A DNA stretch of 64,000 bases from Mytilus edulis (taxonomy: Eukaryota), in assembly GCF_963676685.1 (NCBI RefSeq), contig NC_092348.1, positions 59,148,001 to 59,212,000 on the forward strand. The letters run 5' to 3'. Position 1 is the first letter of the stretch, and each line of letters begins with the position of its first letter. The translations under genes were made by a program, and so were the position numbers. Below, in pieces: positions 26,394 to 40,035 of the stretch. The notes beneath the pieces are model-generated. The model ran no database searches. It had not been told where the DNA came from and worked only from the letters and a program-made list of their open reading frames with translations.

Positions 26394-26795
26394 TATTGAC
26401 TGAGTAGGAGTGGAATAGTAAGTGTATTGTCCCGAGGTGCATCTATTGTCCTGAGGCGTAGCCGAGGTCAATAGTTGTATCCGAGGGGACAATAAACTTG
26501 GTATTCCACGAATATCCAGACAGTAAGTGTTTTCTTATATCGAAAGACAACAGACAATAAATGGCTGGGATAAATCAAGTATCGTTATATAAAAAGCAGT
26601 AATTACGGCGGTATTCCCAAAATCCTCCAATCCCGTATAGCTGTATTTGCAATTCCGCGAAATATAATGACGCTTGCGGTCAAATAGTTTCATCGAGGTC
26701 CTATAGCTAGTTGGAACTATTGACCGGTCCAATAGTTCAACGATTGCAATTTGAAAAAATAGTTAACATATTGTGTACTAATTTTATAAAGAAAA
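26394..26795 (-). mobile_element. Long-hairpin non-autonomous element, older copy
   Basis: Hairpin gtggaata...tattccac at 26410-26509; degenerate IR ttttcttata / tataaagaaaa. Confidence 0.6.
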
Positions 26796-27479
26796 GGTTG
26801 ACTGAGGTATATAAATAAATATATATATTATAAAGGACAAAGGCTAAAATAGCATTTACGATTTCAAAATCAATTTATTAGTATTTCCAGGAAATTTGAA
26901 GGAGAAGAAAAAAAACGAAAAAATAATCTGTGTAAAAAAATTGAATAATTAAGCGATTTGTTTCTTTAATTCAAAGATAAGAATTAATGCATTTAATCTT
27001 AAGTAATTTACAGAAATTGTGTATGTAATCTGTTCAATTGTAAATAATACGTAATATCGATCACTTTAATGAAACACACAGATCAGATCATTAAGTTGAA
27101 ATATTCACTGTCAGAAAAATAAAATTACTTTTCGAAGCAGAGCTAGCAACAACCATGAAAATAATTATGTTGACAAGAATTAGTGACAAATTAAACGACA
27201 ATCTACTATTTCATTACACTTTTTCATCATTTTACGGTAAGACATTATGAAAAATATTATTTGGATATTAATTGACATCTGGTTTCTCGTTACTTTCCAA
27301 TCAAAGCAGTGTTTCAAAACCTAGAACAATTAATGTGAATATCGATATACGTGGTTTTATAATTAATATTTTCATGTTCGGTATTAATTTGTTGTTTCAT
27401 ATGATATTTGTGATAAACAACGAAAAAATTAAACCAGAGAGCACGTTAGTGACTTTTGATTGATTCATGGAAAGTGTAG

Positions 27480-27930
27480 ATGGTTTACACAATGAGATAT
27501 TTCTTAATTTTAATTTTATCAAGCGTTTTTATACGAAAATCTGAAGAAACTACAACGGTCAAAATAGGCGTTTTGTTAATGACAAGCGCACCGGAACCTT
27601 TCGATCAACGCCGTGTTGGGCCGGCTTTAGATATCGCATTTGAGCGAGCCGAAGCCGAGTACGGCGTCAAATACGAAGTGATAGTACGTAATTACACAGG
27701 AAACTGTCCCAAACAAACAGTGATTGGGTATTTATCAGAACTATATTACATAGAAAACGTGAAAGCAGTGATAGGACCAGCATGTTCGGAGACAATAGAA
27801 GCGGCCGGTCGTTTGGCCCAGTACTTAGAAATGCCCATGATAAGCGGAGTTGGTGATTTAGTTATTCGGAAACAGAAAGATATGTATACAACTTTCACTC
27901 GGATGTCTTATAATTTGGATAAACTATCTG
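27480..27930 (+). CDS. Receptor guanylate cyclase, natriuretic peptide receptor (NPR1/2)-like, exon 1
   Basis: Signal peptide MRYFLILILSSVF; ANF-receptor ectodomain motifs RVGPALDIA, AVIGPACS, RLAQYLEMPMISG; donor G|GTGAGT, phase 1. Confidence 0.92.
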
Positions 27931-29103
27931 GTGAGTAATTTTTCAAACTTTGTATAATTTTTTATTGCAAAAATAGTTTTAAATAGATATAGGAAGATGT
28001 GGTGTGAGTGCCAATGAGACAACTCTCCATCCAAGTAACTATTTTATAAAAGTAAACCATTATAGGCCAATGCACGGCCTTCAACTCGAAGCCTTGGCTC
28101 ACACCGAACAACAAGCTATGAAGGGCCCCAAAATTACTATTGTAAAACCATTCAAACGGGAAAACCAACGGTCTATAAAAAAAAAACGAGAAACGAGAAC
28201 GAATATAAAATACATATTAAAAACCCATTTTATTTACTTCTTGTTATATCTTTTTAAAGAAAGTACACACATTTAAGACTTGAACTTTTGGCTTCGCTTT
28301 CTGCATTCTCCTCCAAATTGACACACAAATCTTGGTTTTTAGCTCAACAGTTCTCTCAGACAAAATTAAAAAATAAACTTTATTTGTTTCTTTTCTTACT
28401 AATTTGTTGATTCACGTCTATGTATCAGGTTGCTATACCTGGTTTACATATGTTAAAATTATTTTGAAAGAGGTAAACATGGACGTATCCATTCTTGAAG
28501 GAAACAAAAGAAAAAATTACTCTAAGTTGTTAATAAAAAACCTTGGTTTGATTGTCAATGCCACAACTATCCACGAAAGTTCAATGAAGTGGATGTAATC
28601 ATTTATAGGGAAAAACCGTATTGCGTTCAAAAACGAGAAAAGTCCATACAATTTTAGCTTTTACATTTGACTATATTAGTCTATATATATATATTCTTTT
28701 ATATGTTATCTCATCCGAAATTTTGAATTTTATGCATTTTTAATGCATTTTTTATCTTTATGTATATTATTTTTTTAACTTCTCTGTAACCTTTGTACTT
28801 GCATGGTTTTATGAGAATAAACTATCTAACAATATATCTTAAACCCATACCGTATGATCGGCTATAATTGGCAAACATAAAACATAAAACAATTCAATTA
28901 AAAAATTAAAAAAATAATAATGGTTAGATTATAACAAAACAATTTACGAAAAGCAAATATGGCAGATATGAATCAACGACAACCACTAAACTATTATATG
29001 CTTCTGACTTTTATAGACTTCTAAGTGGAAAATGCACATACACAATGTGGCGGGGTAAAACATGTTTTCCTAACCTGGAACCGTGGTGTGACAGTATAAC
29101 ACA

Positions 29104-29283
29104 ATTGGCCGTTTCAGAATCTAAAGAATCATGGGTAATTTCATTCTTCGTACCCCAAAATGAAAATAACATCACGTCATTGGTTGGATTTCCATTGTTA
29201 GGACGTTTTTAACCAATCACGACGTTTTGGTGTACACTTTTGAAAATAGTACCCAGAATGCATTAGATTCTGAAACGGCGAAT
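29104..29283. mobile_element. 180-bp MITE
   Basis: ATTGGCCGTTTCAGAATCTAA / TTAGATTCTGAAACGGCGAAT, 21-bp inverted repeat with 1 mismatch. Confidence 0.75.
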
Positions 29284-31175
29284 GTCGGTGCTAAAATGTC
29301 CTCTAGTATATAGATTGCAATTTCTCGCTAAAATTCTATAGGAATTCTGACTGGCTTTCTGCGAATGTTTGAATACGGATTTCTAAGTAAAAAGTTAACA
29401 TATGATAAGTACTGAATTTTTTAATAAGTTCTCTGCGCATTTCATCATAAGCGGTCAGAGCAATAACCAAAAAGCTAATTAAACATATAGTTTGCTGCAG
29501 ACATAAGGAACATTAATCAAGTTCGCATCAACATGTGAATGTGTTTTTGTTGTTGTTGAGAAAATGTGGCATTATGTCAACTTAGCGAACAACAATGTAC
29601 CGTACAGACGCTTAGTGTCATGTTTTCTCTTGAGACAACATTAACGCCAAACAAAACACGTTTTGTTTTAATTTTAATTCCGGGAACAAAAAAACTCATC
29701 GATTTAAAACCATGCCAAGAAATTACCACCGTTGAAATTCTGCAAATACCCATGGAGCAAATTACATGGGTGATTAATATTGACCAATTGGTATATTTCC
29801 GTATTCTAAACGACACGTACATGTACATGAAGGTCATAAATTAATTTGTTAATGAAATCAAATCTTTAACTACTAATGGGTGCCGTAGGAGGTCGACCGG
29901 AATTTTTAGCGTGTAACAGATAGAAAACTAAGGGTTAGAATTCATAGAACAGAAAAAGGGGCAGTGGCAAAGATTTCGTGTATATTTCAAACACAGAGAG
30001 GATAACCCCGGCATCCTTTGCCAAAACAAACCAACCTTTCATTTTCTTTTATGTGCTTTCGGACTTCATTTTATGAAGCGTAGTTTCACTTTCCATATTA
30101 GGTATTTATTCTCATGTAAGCTCCGCGTGGTAAACATCACGTGATACAGGAATATAGTATCTTGGAGTCTTGGCTCTTTCTTTCTTTTAAATTATTTAAT
30201 GCCCAAAAAAGGCGCAAGCCAGGGCCGACCGTGCCAGGGCTGTATAGCCAGTCAAGGTCGTTAAAAACTTCCATTTGTTGTATTTCTTTCTTTGCGGGCG
30301 GGGACTCCCTGCAAACAACATGCATGTGTATAACGGCATTGTAGATTTTCTATTTTTATTAAGAAAGTTGCCTGTCCGGTACATGAATAGATCGGTTAGA
30401 AAGCAAGGTTTTAACTAGATCAGAAACCTTAAGTTGATGGTTGAAAATAGACAGCACAACAACAACAAAAAAAAAAAGAAAAAAAGGGGATAGAGGTGGT
30501 CCAAAGGGAATATTTTTATCTTATGAACCCTTCATTTGAAAGATTTTATTTTATTTAATTAAAAGAGAGAGAGAAAACAAATGTAAGACAAATTGTGAAG
30601 TCTTTCTTCCTTTCTCGGCTTAGGATAGAAAGAACCCACGATCGAGTGTAACGAAGTTCTTCATGTTTTCTGTCGGGTTCCACCTCTCGCTGTTAATTAT
30701 GAAGAAGTTAAAACTATTTGTGTTTGTCTTTTATGGATCTTTTAAAGATTATAACTTCATCAATTTTTAGGAAATAAGAAAATATTGTATGAGTTAAAAT
30801 AATACTTATTCCTATTTTATATAGAACAGAACTAAATAATGGCATTGTTATAAGTGCCAATGCAAATGATATGATACTTTTTTAACATAATTTATACAAA
30901 TGAAAAAATACAAAGCTCCTGCGTTAAATTAGACACCCATACAATTATTCTATGGATTCCTGGACGAAAACAAGTTGATTCTCTATCAGTATCAGTAAGA
31001 TTAAATTAATCATAGAAAAGAACATGGGTCGGATAACGGAATCAGAGTTCCCCTCAGGGCTGGAAACAAGAGCAGAAATAAAAACCTAAAAAGAGTGTTA
31101 GATCTGAGGCTACATGCGCTGTTCTTATATATTACGTCATAAACATTAAATAGATATGCGGGCGTATCAAAATCG

Positions 31176-31509
31176 CATACGCATATTAACCAGCCAGAAT
31201 ACATGCTGTTATGGTTTCGTTACACAGTAATACAAAGATAAATATGATTTTTATAAGATATTATTCAAACTTAATAGAATTCTTTTCTTTATTTACTATT
31301 AGATCCCAATAAACAACTTTAATTTTTACACTTATTGCAATACATACGCATATTAACCAGCCAGAATACATGCTGTTATGGTTTCGTTACACAGTAATAC
31401 AAAGATAAATATGATTTTTATAAGATATTATTCAAACTTAATAGAATTCTTTTCTTTATTTACTATTAGATCCCAATAAACAACTTTAATTTTTACACTT
31501 ATTGCAATA
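31176..31509 (+). repeat. Tandem duplication, 2 x 167 bp, apparently identical
   Basis: catacgcatattaaccagccag starts at both 31176 and 31343. Confidence 0.93.
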
Positions 31510-33476
31510 CAATACCGTAATTTCTCTGTGAAATAAAACCGATAATTTCACACGTGAAATTAAAACCTGAAATACAATCCGATGATTTGACATGTGAACT
31601 ATTATATCTGACTGAATCCTTTCACGTGTAATATTATCGATGACGTTACATCAAAACCAATTGAGAATTTTTTATAAAGTTCAATTGGTTCAATAGAAAA
31701 GTTAGTTTTTGTCGTGCGTAAAATAGAAACTTATTCATCTGAATGTCGTTGACCAATGGGAAATACACAATTGACGGTTGCACTTTGATGAAAGAGTCAT
31801 AGTTTTAATTAGGACGTCAAGCATGATTGCGGAAGGTTCAATCATTAGAACTTTAATAATTACCAAATTTACATGTGAATTAGGAAAATGGTTACATAAA
31901 TTTCTGCCAGCTCGGGTAAAAAAGAAAGGCCATAAAGAACCAATACTAACATGTTATTTTGAAGAAGCGCAAACGTACTGTAGAAAAATAAAAACGTCCC
32001 TATATTTGAAGCGTAAATGTCCATTTAAAAAATCGCAAATGTCCTGTAAAACCGCAAACTTCCCTCGACGACTTTGATAGAAAAGTTTAGCCCATGCCCG
32101 CTCTAGAAAAAAAGAAGATTAGAATGGTAATTCTTTTGAAATTAAGACATCAAGATTAATGTCATTGTAATTTGGGCACATGGCTTGGTTCATTGTCCCT
32201 ATCAATGCGCTATGTTTGACAAGTATATGGGCCTAGATCCAATGTGAAGATCCCGAAGTACATATGACATTTATGCACTCTTACATTTCTATATTTACAT
32301 AATATACATAGGAGATGAAATATGGTATAATATTACATGTCATAACAACCAACTTATAAACAAAGTATCATATGTATACCTTAGTTATAGTGTTCAAAGA
32401 GAATTTACGTGAACTGAATCTCCTCCTAGAAGTATTAATTACAAAATTCAAATCGATTATTAATCAATTTGTATATTATATTTAATACATATTTTGTAAT
32501 TTGAACGTATCAGCTTCGTAAACGATACAGAGTGAGACCCTTGACATTCGTCACTCGCCATACCATTCAATAGACTCGGGTTACTTTTTAATCTATTCTG
32601 AGTTTGTTTATGACAAAAAGTTAATTGTTTTTGTATAACGACACAGGGTTACATTAATTTTACACACGTGTTAAAAACATGATGTTATCCTTGTGGATTC
32701 CAAGTAAAACAACCAAAAGATCCGGAATCATACATGGTATTTCATAAACATAAATTTTAAACTAAATTAAATATCTCTTAACATGCATAAATTTACCTAA
32801 TATGTGCATGTTAATTTCACTTCTTTAAAGCAATCATCTCGATCGGCAGCAATGATCAGTGATCGATGTAAATAGAATTTTCATCAGGGGACCCTTTTCC
32901 AAAGGTGTATTCAAAATAAGTATTCAAAATTTTATCAAACCTATTTGAAAAACATAAATTTCGTAAATATTTTAGTATTGAAACAAACAGAAGCGACTTT
33001 AATAAAACTAGAAAACCGAATAATCTATTTTATTGTCTAACTGTTAGTATAATATATTCATCACTTGCTCTAAACATATATTCATCATTGATTTGCTTTA
33101 TTCTTAAAATGGAGCATTCCTATATACATGTAAATAGATATAATAAGATGTGGTATGAGTGCCAATGAGACAACTCTCTATCCAAGTCACAATTTGTAAA
33201 AGTAAACCATTATGGGTCAAAGTACGGTCTTCAAACGAAGCCTTGGTCCACACCGAACAGCAAGCTATAAAGGGCACCAAAAATAAAAAATGTAAATGTA
33301 AAACCATTCAAACACGAAAACTAACGGTCTAATCTTATCATGATAAAACACGAGAAACGAGAAACATGTATGCACAACATCAATAAACGAAAACCACTGA
33401 ACATCAGTTTTAAATCTATTTCAAATACATAAAGCATATATTTAATCTATTTTCTTTTATCTTTTATCCTTTCAAG

Positions 33477-33692
33477 TGTCAGTAAAGAAGATTTTGGAGA
33501 AGTACTCGTGGAAACACATTGTCATTCTGTACGACACAGACTACGTCTTTTTCAATTTAGCGGGAAACAGTTTAGCGCGAGATTTCAAAGCTGACGGGGA
33601 TCTGCCAAGGCCAGTAGATATACCATTCAGGAAAGCAACTATAAACAATCAACATAAAAATCTTCTTACCGAAGCCAACCTTCATGCTCGAG
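33477..33692 (+). CDS. Receptor guanylate cyclase, exon 2
   Basis: Polypyrimidine tract + AAG|; VSVKKILEKYSWKHIVILYD...LHAR; donor G|GTAAGA; phase 1-1. Confidence 0.9.
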
Positions 33693-33865
33693 GTAAGATT
33701 CTTAGCTCGAATTCATACTCAGATATGAAATCTGCTATGTAATGGTTCGTATGATACATTTGGAGACTAACACGACAACACCAGAGAATATTTATAAAAA
33801 CGTTGGTGTCCATTTCCACTGAATACAATTTACCCTAGGGGATATTTTTCAAAATGTCTTCCTTA

Positions 33866-34941
33866 AGGCCACACCAATTTAATTTCTTGTTCTACGGATT
33901 TTTGGACTCCAAAATATGGGGCGAGCTATCGATTTGAAAATTTTAATAAAAAAATATTTAATTTGCAAATTTTTGAGGCGAAGCTTGAAAAGTAAAGGCG
34001 AGCGATTAAAAAGTAGATTTTAACAATATTAAAACTTGATTTATCACTTGTACGTTGACATTTCTTTAATTTCTGATGTATTTTTCCCCTGTTCACCAAG
34101 AAATAGTTACATCTGGTCGATATGTGTGTGACTGACAATGAGACAATTCTCCATTCAAGTCATCATCAGTTTGGGGGCAACCCCTTAATGTTATAAATAT
34201 CCCTTTTACATATTTTATGAGGGATCAATATAAGTTATAATATATTTGTTTGTATAAAAGAGCTCATATTTTCTCAAAGAACTATATATCTATCTGGAAT
34301 TAAATGGTCAAAACATGTCCAAGAATTTTGTAATATTCCTGGACTTAACCATGTTAACACATTTACTTTAACAGTTTAATATTATTCAAAATAAGTGGAC
34401 CCCTCTTTTAGAAAAAGTTGTTTAAAATATGATGCAACTCTCCTCTTTTTGAGTACAAAATTCTAAGTTTTCAAAGGTTTTGTATAGAAGAACTATACAA
34501 ATCCTTGGTATTTCTGTTTTCTTTTCTACATCAATAAAATGACCCCTTAAGGAAGGGTTGTTCTCAACCTAATCAGAGTAAGGGGGAAATAAACCAATTG
34601 TTTGTTCTTTACATGTATTTCCTCGCTGTTATAAATTTATATCGGAGCACTCCCTCTTTGGATAAATAGGTTTCATGCTGAAGCAAATATTCTCACAGAT
34701 ATTTACACCTTGTGGTGGGGTGATTTTATGTTTAAAGTCGTTATATACAGGTTAGACTGTGATTTTAAAACAAATGTTGATATCTTTTTATAATATTTAC
34801 AAAAACAACGGTGCGGGAAATGGACATGATTACATTTCCGGATGCGGGAAGCGGGAATATAAAAAAAATAAAAAAATTCTGTTTTGAAAAAAAATAGGTG
34901 CGGGCGGGTCCGTCGAACAAGGAATCGTATTGGTGTGGCCT
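33866..34941. mobile_element. Non-autonomous TIR transposon with TA target duplication
   Basis: TA|AGGCCACACCAAT...ATTGGTGTGGCCT|TA; the TIR extends ~33 bp with mismatches. Confidence 0.85.
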
Positions 34942-35221
34942 TATTTGAAAAGTCAAAATAAACTCTGTTGATTCGAGGAAGGTTATTAAAAAGTATTAAC
35001 CGCTCCCCTGGTATATATTTAAAAATGAAAATGAATGTCTGGACATCAGACTTCGCAAATACCAATTAATGCGTTTTTTCCCCCTTAAATTTATATAAAA
35101 ATTCCAATAAGATACCAAAAATTGTCTGCAACAGCAATGATTATCAAAAAACAATGAATAATTTTAAATCTATGATATATATGCAAATTTTGACAAATGT
35201 GAATGCATGATATGTTTAGAC

Positions 35222-35550
35222 ATATATGTGTTGGGTACAAGATGTAAGTTTGTACAAATTATAATTTGTACAGGGTTTTTGTACAAGTTATAAGTTTTTT
35301 GACACTTACCTTCTTGCAACATGGGATACAGGTTTATCTTCTAAAATTTACCAGTGTAATTTTATTTTTCTCCTTATGCCATATTCATATCCATACAAAG
35401 TCTTTTTGTGGTCTTATAATGTTTTTAGTATTAATACTCAGTATACATTTATACTAGTATTCAGCAGGTCATAAAACACTGATAACTTGTACAAAAAAAT
35501 CTGTAAACATTATAAATTGTACTTGTACAACATTACAACTTATAAACAAC

Positions 35551-35553
<3 letters not shown>
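35222..35553. mobile_element. MITE with TGTACAA-rich inverted ends
   Basis: 35222-35300 pairs loosely with 35483-35553 and more closely with 37750-37826. Confidence 0.6.
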
Positions 35554-35589
<36 letters not shown>

Positions 35590-35595
<6 letters not shown>

Positions 35596-37680
35596 ATTAA
35601 ATTTCAAAATGCTCTTAAAGTCCTTTAATTCTCTACATTTTTCCCAACCGGTTTCACATCTTTGTGATAATCATGGATGAATGTAACTAACGGTAACGTA
35701 CCGTCACGATAATAAGTCTGTAACAATACATTAAAGGGACGTCACCCTTACAAAAGTAACGTCTTATCTGTTTAGGCTTAGTTTGTATTTTTGTATAAAC
35801 ATATTTTCTTTATTAATTTTCATTTCTTCGGTGATTTGGTCGTCACATTGGTAAAATGGGAAAACAAAGTATTTGGGTGATTTGTTGATAGCGCATAAAT
35901 CCAGGTGTTCACTTATGTTAATCATCCTAATTTCTTTATGTCGGATTTGTTGACGGTGAACAGTAAATCTTTTCCGTAAAGTGTTTCCTGTTTGTCCAAC
36001 ATAATCTTTTTTGCACCCATTACATTTGATAACATTAATTAAATTGCTCGATGCACACGTAACAGAGTTTTTAATAGTGAAAATCTCTCCCGATATTAAT
36101 TCATATGACTGTCTTTCCATGATATTTTGACAAATATCGCAATTTGAACGTCCGCATTTTTTTCAGAAGGAATTGTATCATTTTTGCTTAATTTCGCGCT
36201 GGTGAGTAATTTCTTCAAGGATTTTGACTGTCTTTTACTCTTAATAATTTTCTGTGTAGCAAGGGCTCTTTTCATTCTTTGATCTTTCATCAAAGTTGGT
36301 ACATTTTGATATATTATGGTATACGCCTCTGTATTTCTTGGGTTGTACGATCGATGAGAAGTATGGTAAAATTTGAATCGTATCAATTACCGTGTTTTCG
36401 GTCTTCTTAGTTCTTGAATATTTATAATCTTTGCACATTTTATTACATTATTAATCAAAGTTTTTGGATACTGTATCTCTAATAGTATTTCGTTAAGTTC
36501 TTCGAGTCTTTCATTTCTCATTTCAATACTGGAGACTATAGTACATATTCTTCTTGCCAAATTGAACGGTATGTTTGTTCTTGTGTGTTTTGGGTGACAA
36601 TAATTAAAAAAAAAGTAAATATTGTTTAGAGTATGTCGGTTTAAAGTAGATATCGGTTTCAATTTCTGTATCTTTTTTTTTATTATCAAAATATCTAGAA
36701 ATGGTACTTGTTTATCGCTAAATTCCATAGTGAACTGAATACTTTTGATATCATTGATTAAATTTCTAAATTAATTTAATTTTTCTAAACTAGAAGTCCA
36801 CAATATAAAACAGTCATCTAAGTAACGTTTCCAATTATCTAAAATATATTTGTGGAATTGGGAAGGAACCAAGCTGTAATTTGGATCATTCGTACATTTG
36901 AGTTTCCAAGTACGCCATTACTTAATTGGTATAGGTTGGGGCAACTTTTGTTCCCATGGCTGTACCAGATATTTGTCTGTAAGATTCCCCGTTGAAATTG
37001 AAGTGCTAGTTATTTTGAAGAATAAATTTAATTCCGTCAATAATGAATTTCTTCTCTATCCGATCAGGTACTTCGGATGGAAATTTTTCAAGCCAAAATT
37101 CAATAGCTTTTAATCTATATTCATTTGATATGGTGGTATACAGGTTAACTACATCAAAAGAAACCATAATACTGTCTTTGCAAACTCTTCTGGGAAGATG
37201 GTTCAACATATCTAAGTCATCTCGAACAAAGCTTAATTGGTATATGTATTAGTATTGGTTTCAAAAGAATATCTAGAAAATTACTTAGTCTATGTGTTTC
37301 ACAAGAAGGACCTGCTACAATTGGTCTCAATTTCAGATCGTTAGGATGTGGTATATTCACACATACTGATTTTGAATTTTTACAAGATTCCCTAATAACA
37401 TTACTTTTGTGAATTTTTGGAAGTCCGTAAAAATTACTGCTTTTACATTTAAAATTTGTTAGGTAATCGCATTCTTTGTCGGTTAATCCCTTTCTTAGTA
37501 AGTGAATACAGGCTATTAATTTTATTTTTTTATTTTTGACTGATTGTAGTTCTTTACTTTTTCATAATAAGTATTGTCCTGTAATAAGTTATTAGCAATA
37601 CTTATACAGTAATTAAGATCCATAACTACAACGGCACTTCCTTCGTCTGCTTCTTTAATACTATATCTTTTTGTATATCT
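35590..37680 (-). mobile_element. Decayed Penelope-like retroelement (RT + C-terminal GIY-YIG; Neptune-like)
   Basis: Minus-strand motifs IKEADEGSAVVVM, FYGLPKIH, LRPIVAG, SFDVVNLYT, GTAMGTKVAPTY, WKRYLDD, CHPKHT, linker CGRSNCDIC and GIY-YIG NLINVIKCNGCKKDYVGQT..LRKRF..H. Many frameshifts. The 3' end abuts (TA)n. Confidence 0.93.
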
Positions 37681-39624
37681 GAATTTAAGACATTAAACTG
37701 ATACATTTAAAAGATATACTTTTATCACCTGGTACAAGAAGGTATGTTTAAAAAAACTTATAACTTGTACAAAAATCCTGTACAAATTATAATTTGTGCC
37801 AACTTATATTTTGTACACAACATATACACCATATGCTAAAGAGGTAGGGCTTTTCCCCATGAATATGTTTCACCACCAGGGCCTTTTATAGCTGACCATG
37901 CGGTATGGGGTTTGATCATTGTTGAATGCCGTACGGTGACCTATAGTTAATTTAAAAAAATGTTTTTAATGCTTTATTGATAGGTTGAACTTAGCATCTG
38001 TAAATCTGCCAAAGGCAGTGAATATAATATCAAGATTATTATATGTTTTCTAATTATTAATAAGCTGGCTATTAAATGTGATTTTTTCCTTTGATATCCT
38101 TCCTGTGTTATTAAAAAATACTTTGTTTTAATAACACTTTGTTTTTTTCATGTTAACTTCTATTTATTACAATAATTCATTAAATTGTTCAAACAATTTT
38201 GTAATCTAGATAAAGTTTCAGAAATATATTATGTCTTCAAAGATTTGATTAACGATAAAATAGTCTGTGATAAAGACGGAACAGTATCGGCTTCTAAAAT
38301 ACTACCTCGGGCTAAATATCCAGACTCATACTTGATATTTTCATTAAATTAATTAGTCTGGTGGGAAGACGCGTCGATTGTAGAATATCTGTTAACAATT
38401 CAAACAAAAAACTCTTAAAACAATAACAAGAACTGAAGTCACACATATGATTAAAATTACCACAATGAAAAGTAAATATGCATATTGTTGCATTAGTCCA
38501 GTTGAAATATCTTACGTCTATTTCAGACCTTTTTTTCACTTCAAGTGTCCCTCCATGTTTTTGCCTTTCTCGACTCCTGGTCTGGAGTGATCAGAATCTA
38601 ACGACCATTACTCCTAGATTTCTATGTTTATAAGATTAAAACTGAATGAGTACGATCTAAAGAATGCTGAAAAGGGGATGTAACCAATCCATCAAAGTTT
38701 TATGGACTCATAGTTTTAAAAATTTCACACTCGACCAAAAACTACATTAAATTTAACATTTACTTCAGTTATTAGTACCAGTACTATACGATTAAAATAA
38801 AATCTTCAAGAATCTGACCGAAATATCTATATATATATATACATAAAAGAAGATTGCCAATGTGACAACTCTCCACAAGAGACCAAACGACACATAAATT
38901 AACAGCAAAGCCCATACCACACAGTCAGCTGTAAAGTCAAGTTACTATTAAAGTGACCAGACAAACCCCATGTTACCTATTCTCGGTAAAATATTCTTAT
39001 CGAACACCGATTTTAATATCGCTGTGAATGAATTTTTATCAAAGAAAATTCTTTTGGAGGAATAGAGTTTTTTTCTTCAGATTTTCTTTTAAAAAAAAGA
39101 AAGAAATAAAAACACCAGTAAGTCTAAAATATACTTGCATCATACATGATAGCGATAGCGATTGTTTTTTTTTTTTTTTTTTTTTTTAAATTATAATGAT
39201 TTAGTAGAACCAAAAAAAAACTCCGTTCAATAATAGCGTTATTTCCACACAACAAATGATAAAACGGGATTTATTAGTTTACTTCGTTACAACATGCATA
39301 TATGACTTGAAAATAATGTTGATATTGTCATCAAATCTACGAACAGCAATTTTCAAGTATTTCCACATTTTTTTCAGCATATGATTTTTAAGATATTTTT
39401 AAACACAACCCAGACTATAAAAAAAATATCGAGTAGAATTTTTTTTTTTTATAGAAATAGTCTACTCAACAAGATGTACAGTGCTGCATAACATTTTGAA
39501 ATTAAATTCTACTGAAATATGAACTTTGCAGAGTCTATACTTAACAAAATATTCAACGATTTTTCTTTACATATTTCGATAAAATCCATTTGTAATTTAC
39601 CATGTTCACAGCACATATTCAGCG

Positions 39625-40035
39625 ATATACTGCAGCTGTGCTATTTGAGCAGTTTTAAATTGCATTGACTGTATATTTATATGTGATATACAGTTACTGA
39701 CCGTATATCACCTTGTTTATGACGGTGACAATGCTTTTCCGTACAGTTTTATTTATGACGTCAACAAAACATACAGGTTCGCGGCAATTTTACGTTGTCC
39801 GCTCACAATTAAAGAATGACGGTTTTTACCCTAAATACTTCATTTTGAACAGTTATAAGAGTTGCAGTATATACAGAATAACCATACATTGTCTCGAAAT
39901 ATCAATCTGTTATTTGTACTCGGCTCGAAACACATTTACAGGTAGAAATGCTCGGCACAGCCTCGCTTTCTACCGGTTTCTAAGCCTTGTACAAATAACA
40001 TTGATATTTCGAGACAATGTATGGTTATTCTATAT
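39625..40035 (+). mobile_element. Long-hairpin non-autonomous element with asymmetric terminal inverted repeats
   Basis: Near-perfect hairpin at 39875-40031; 13-bp IR at 39625-39637 / 39860-39872; absent from the paralogous site at ~41542. Confidence 0.8.
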
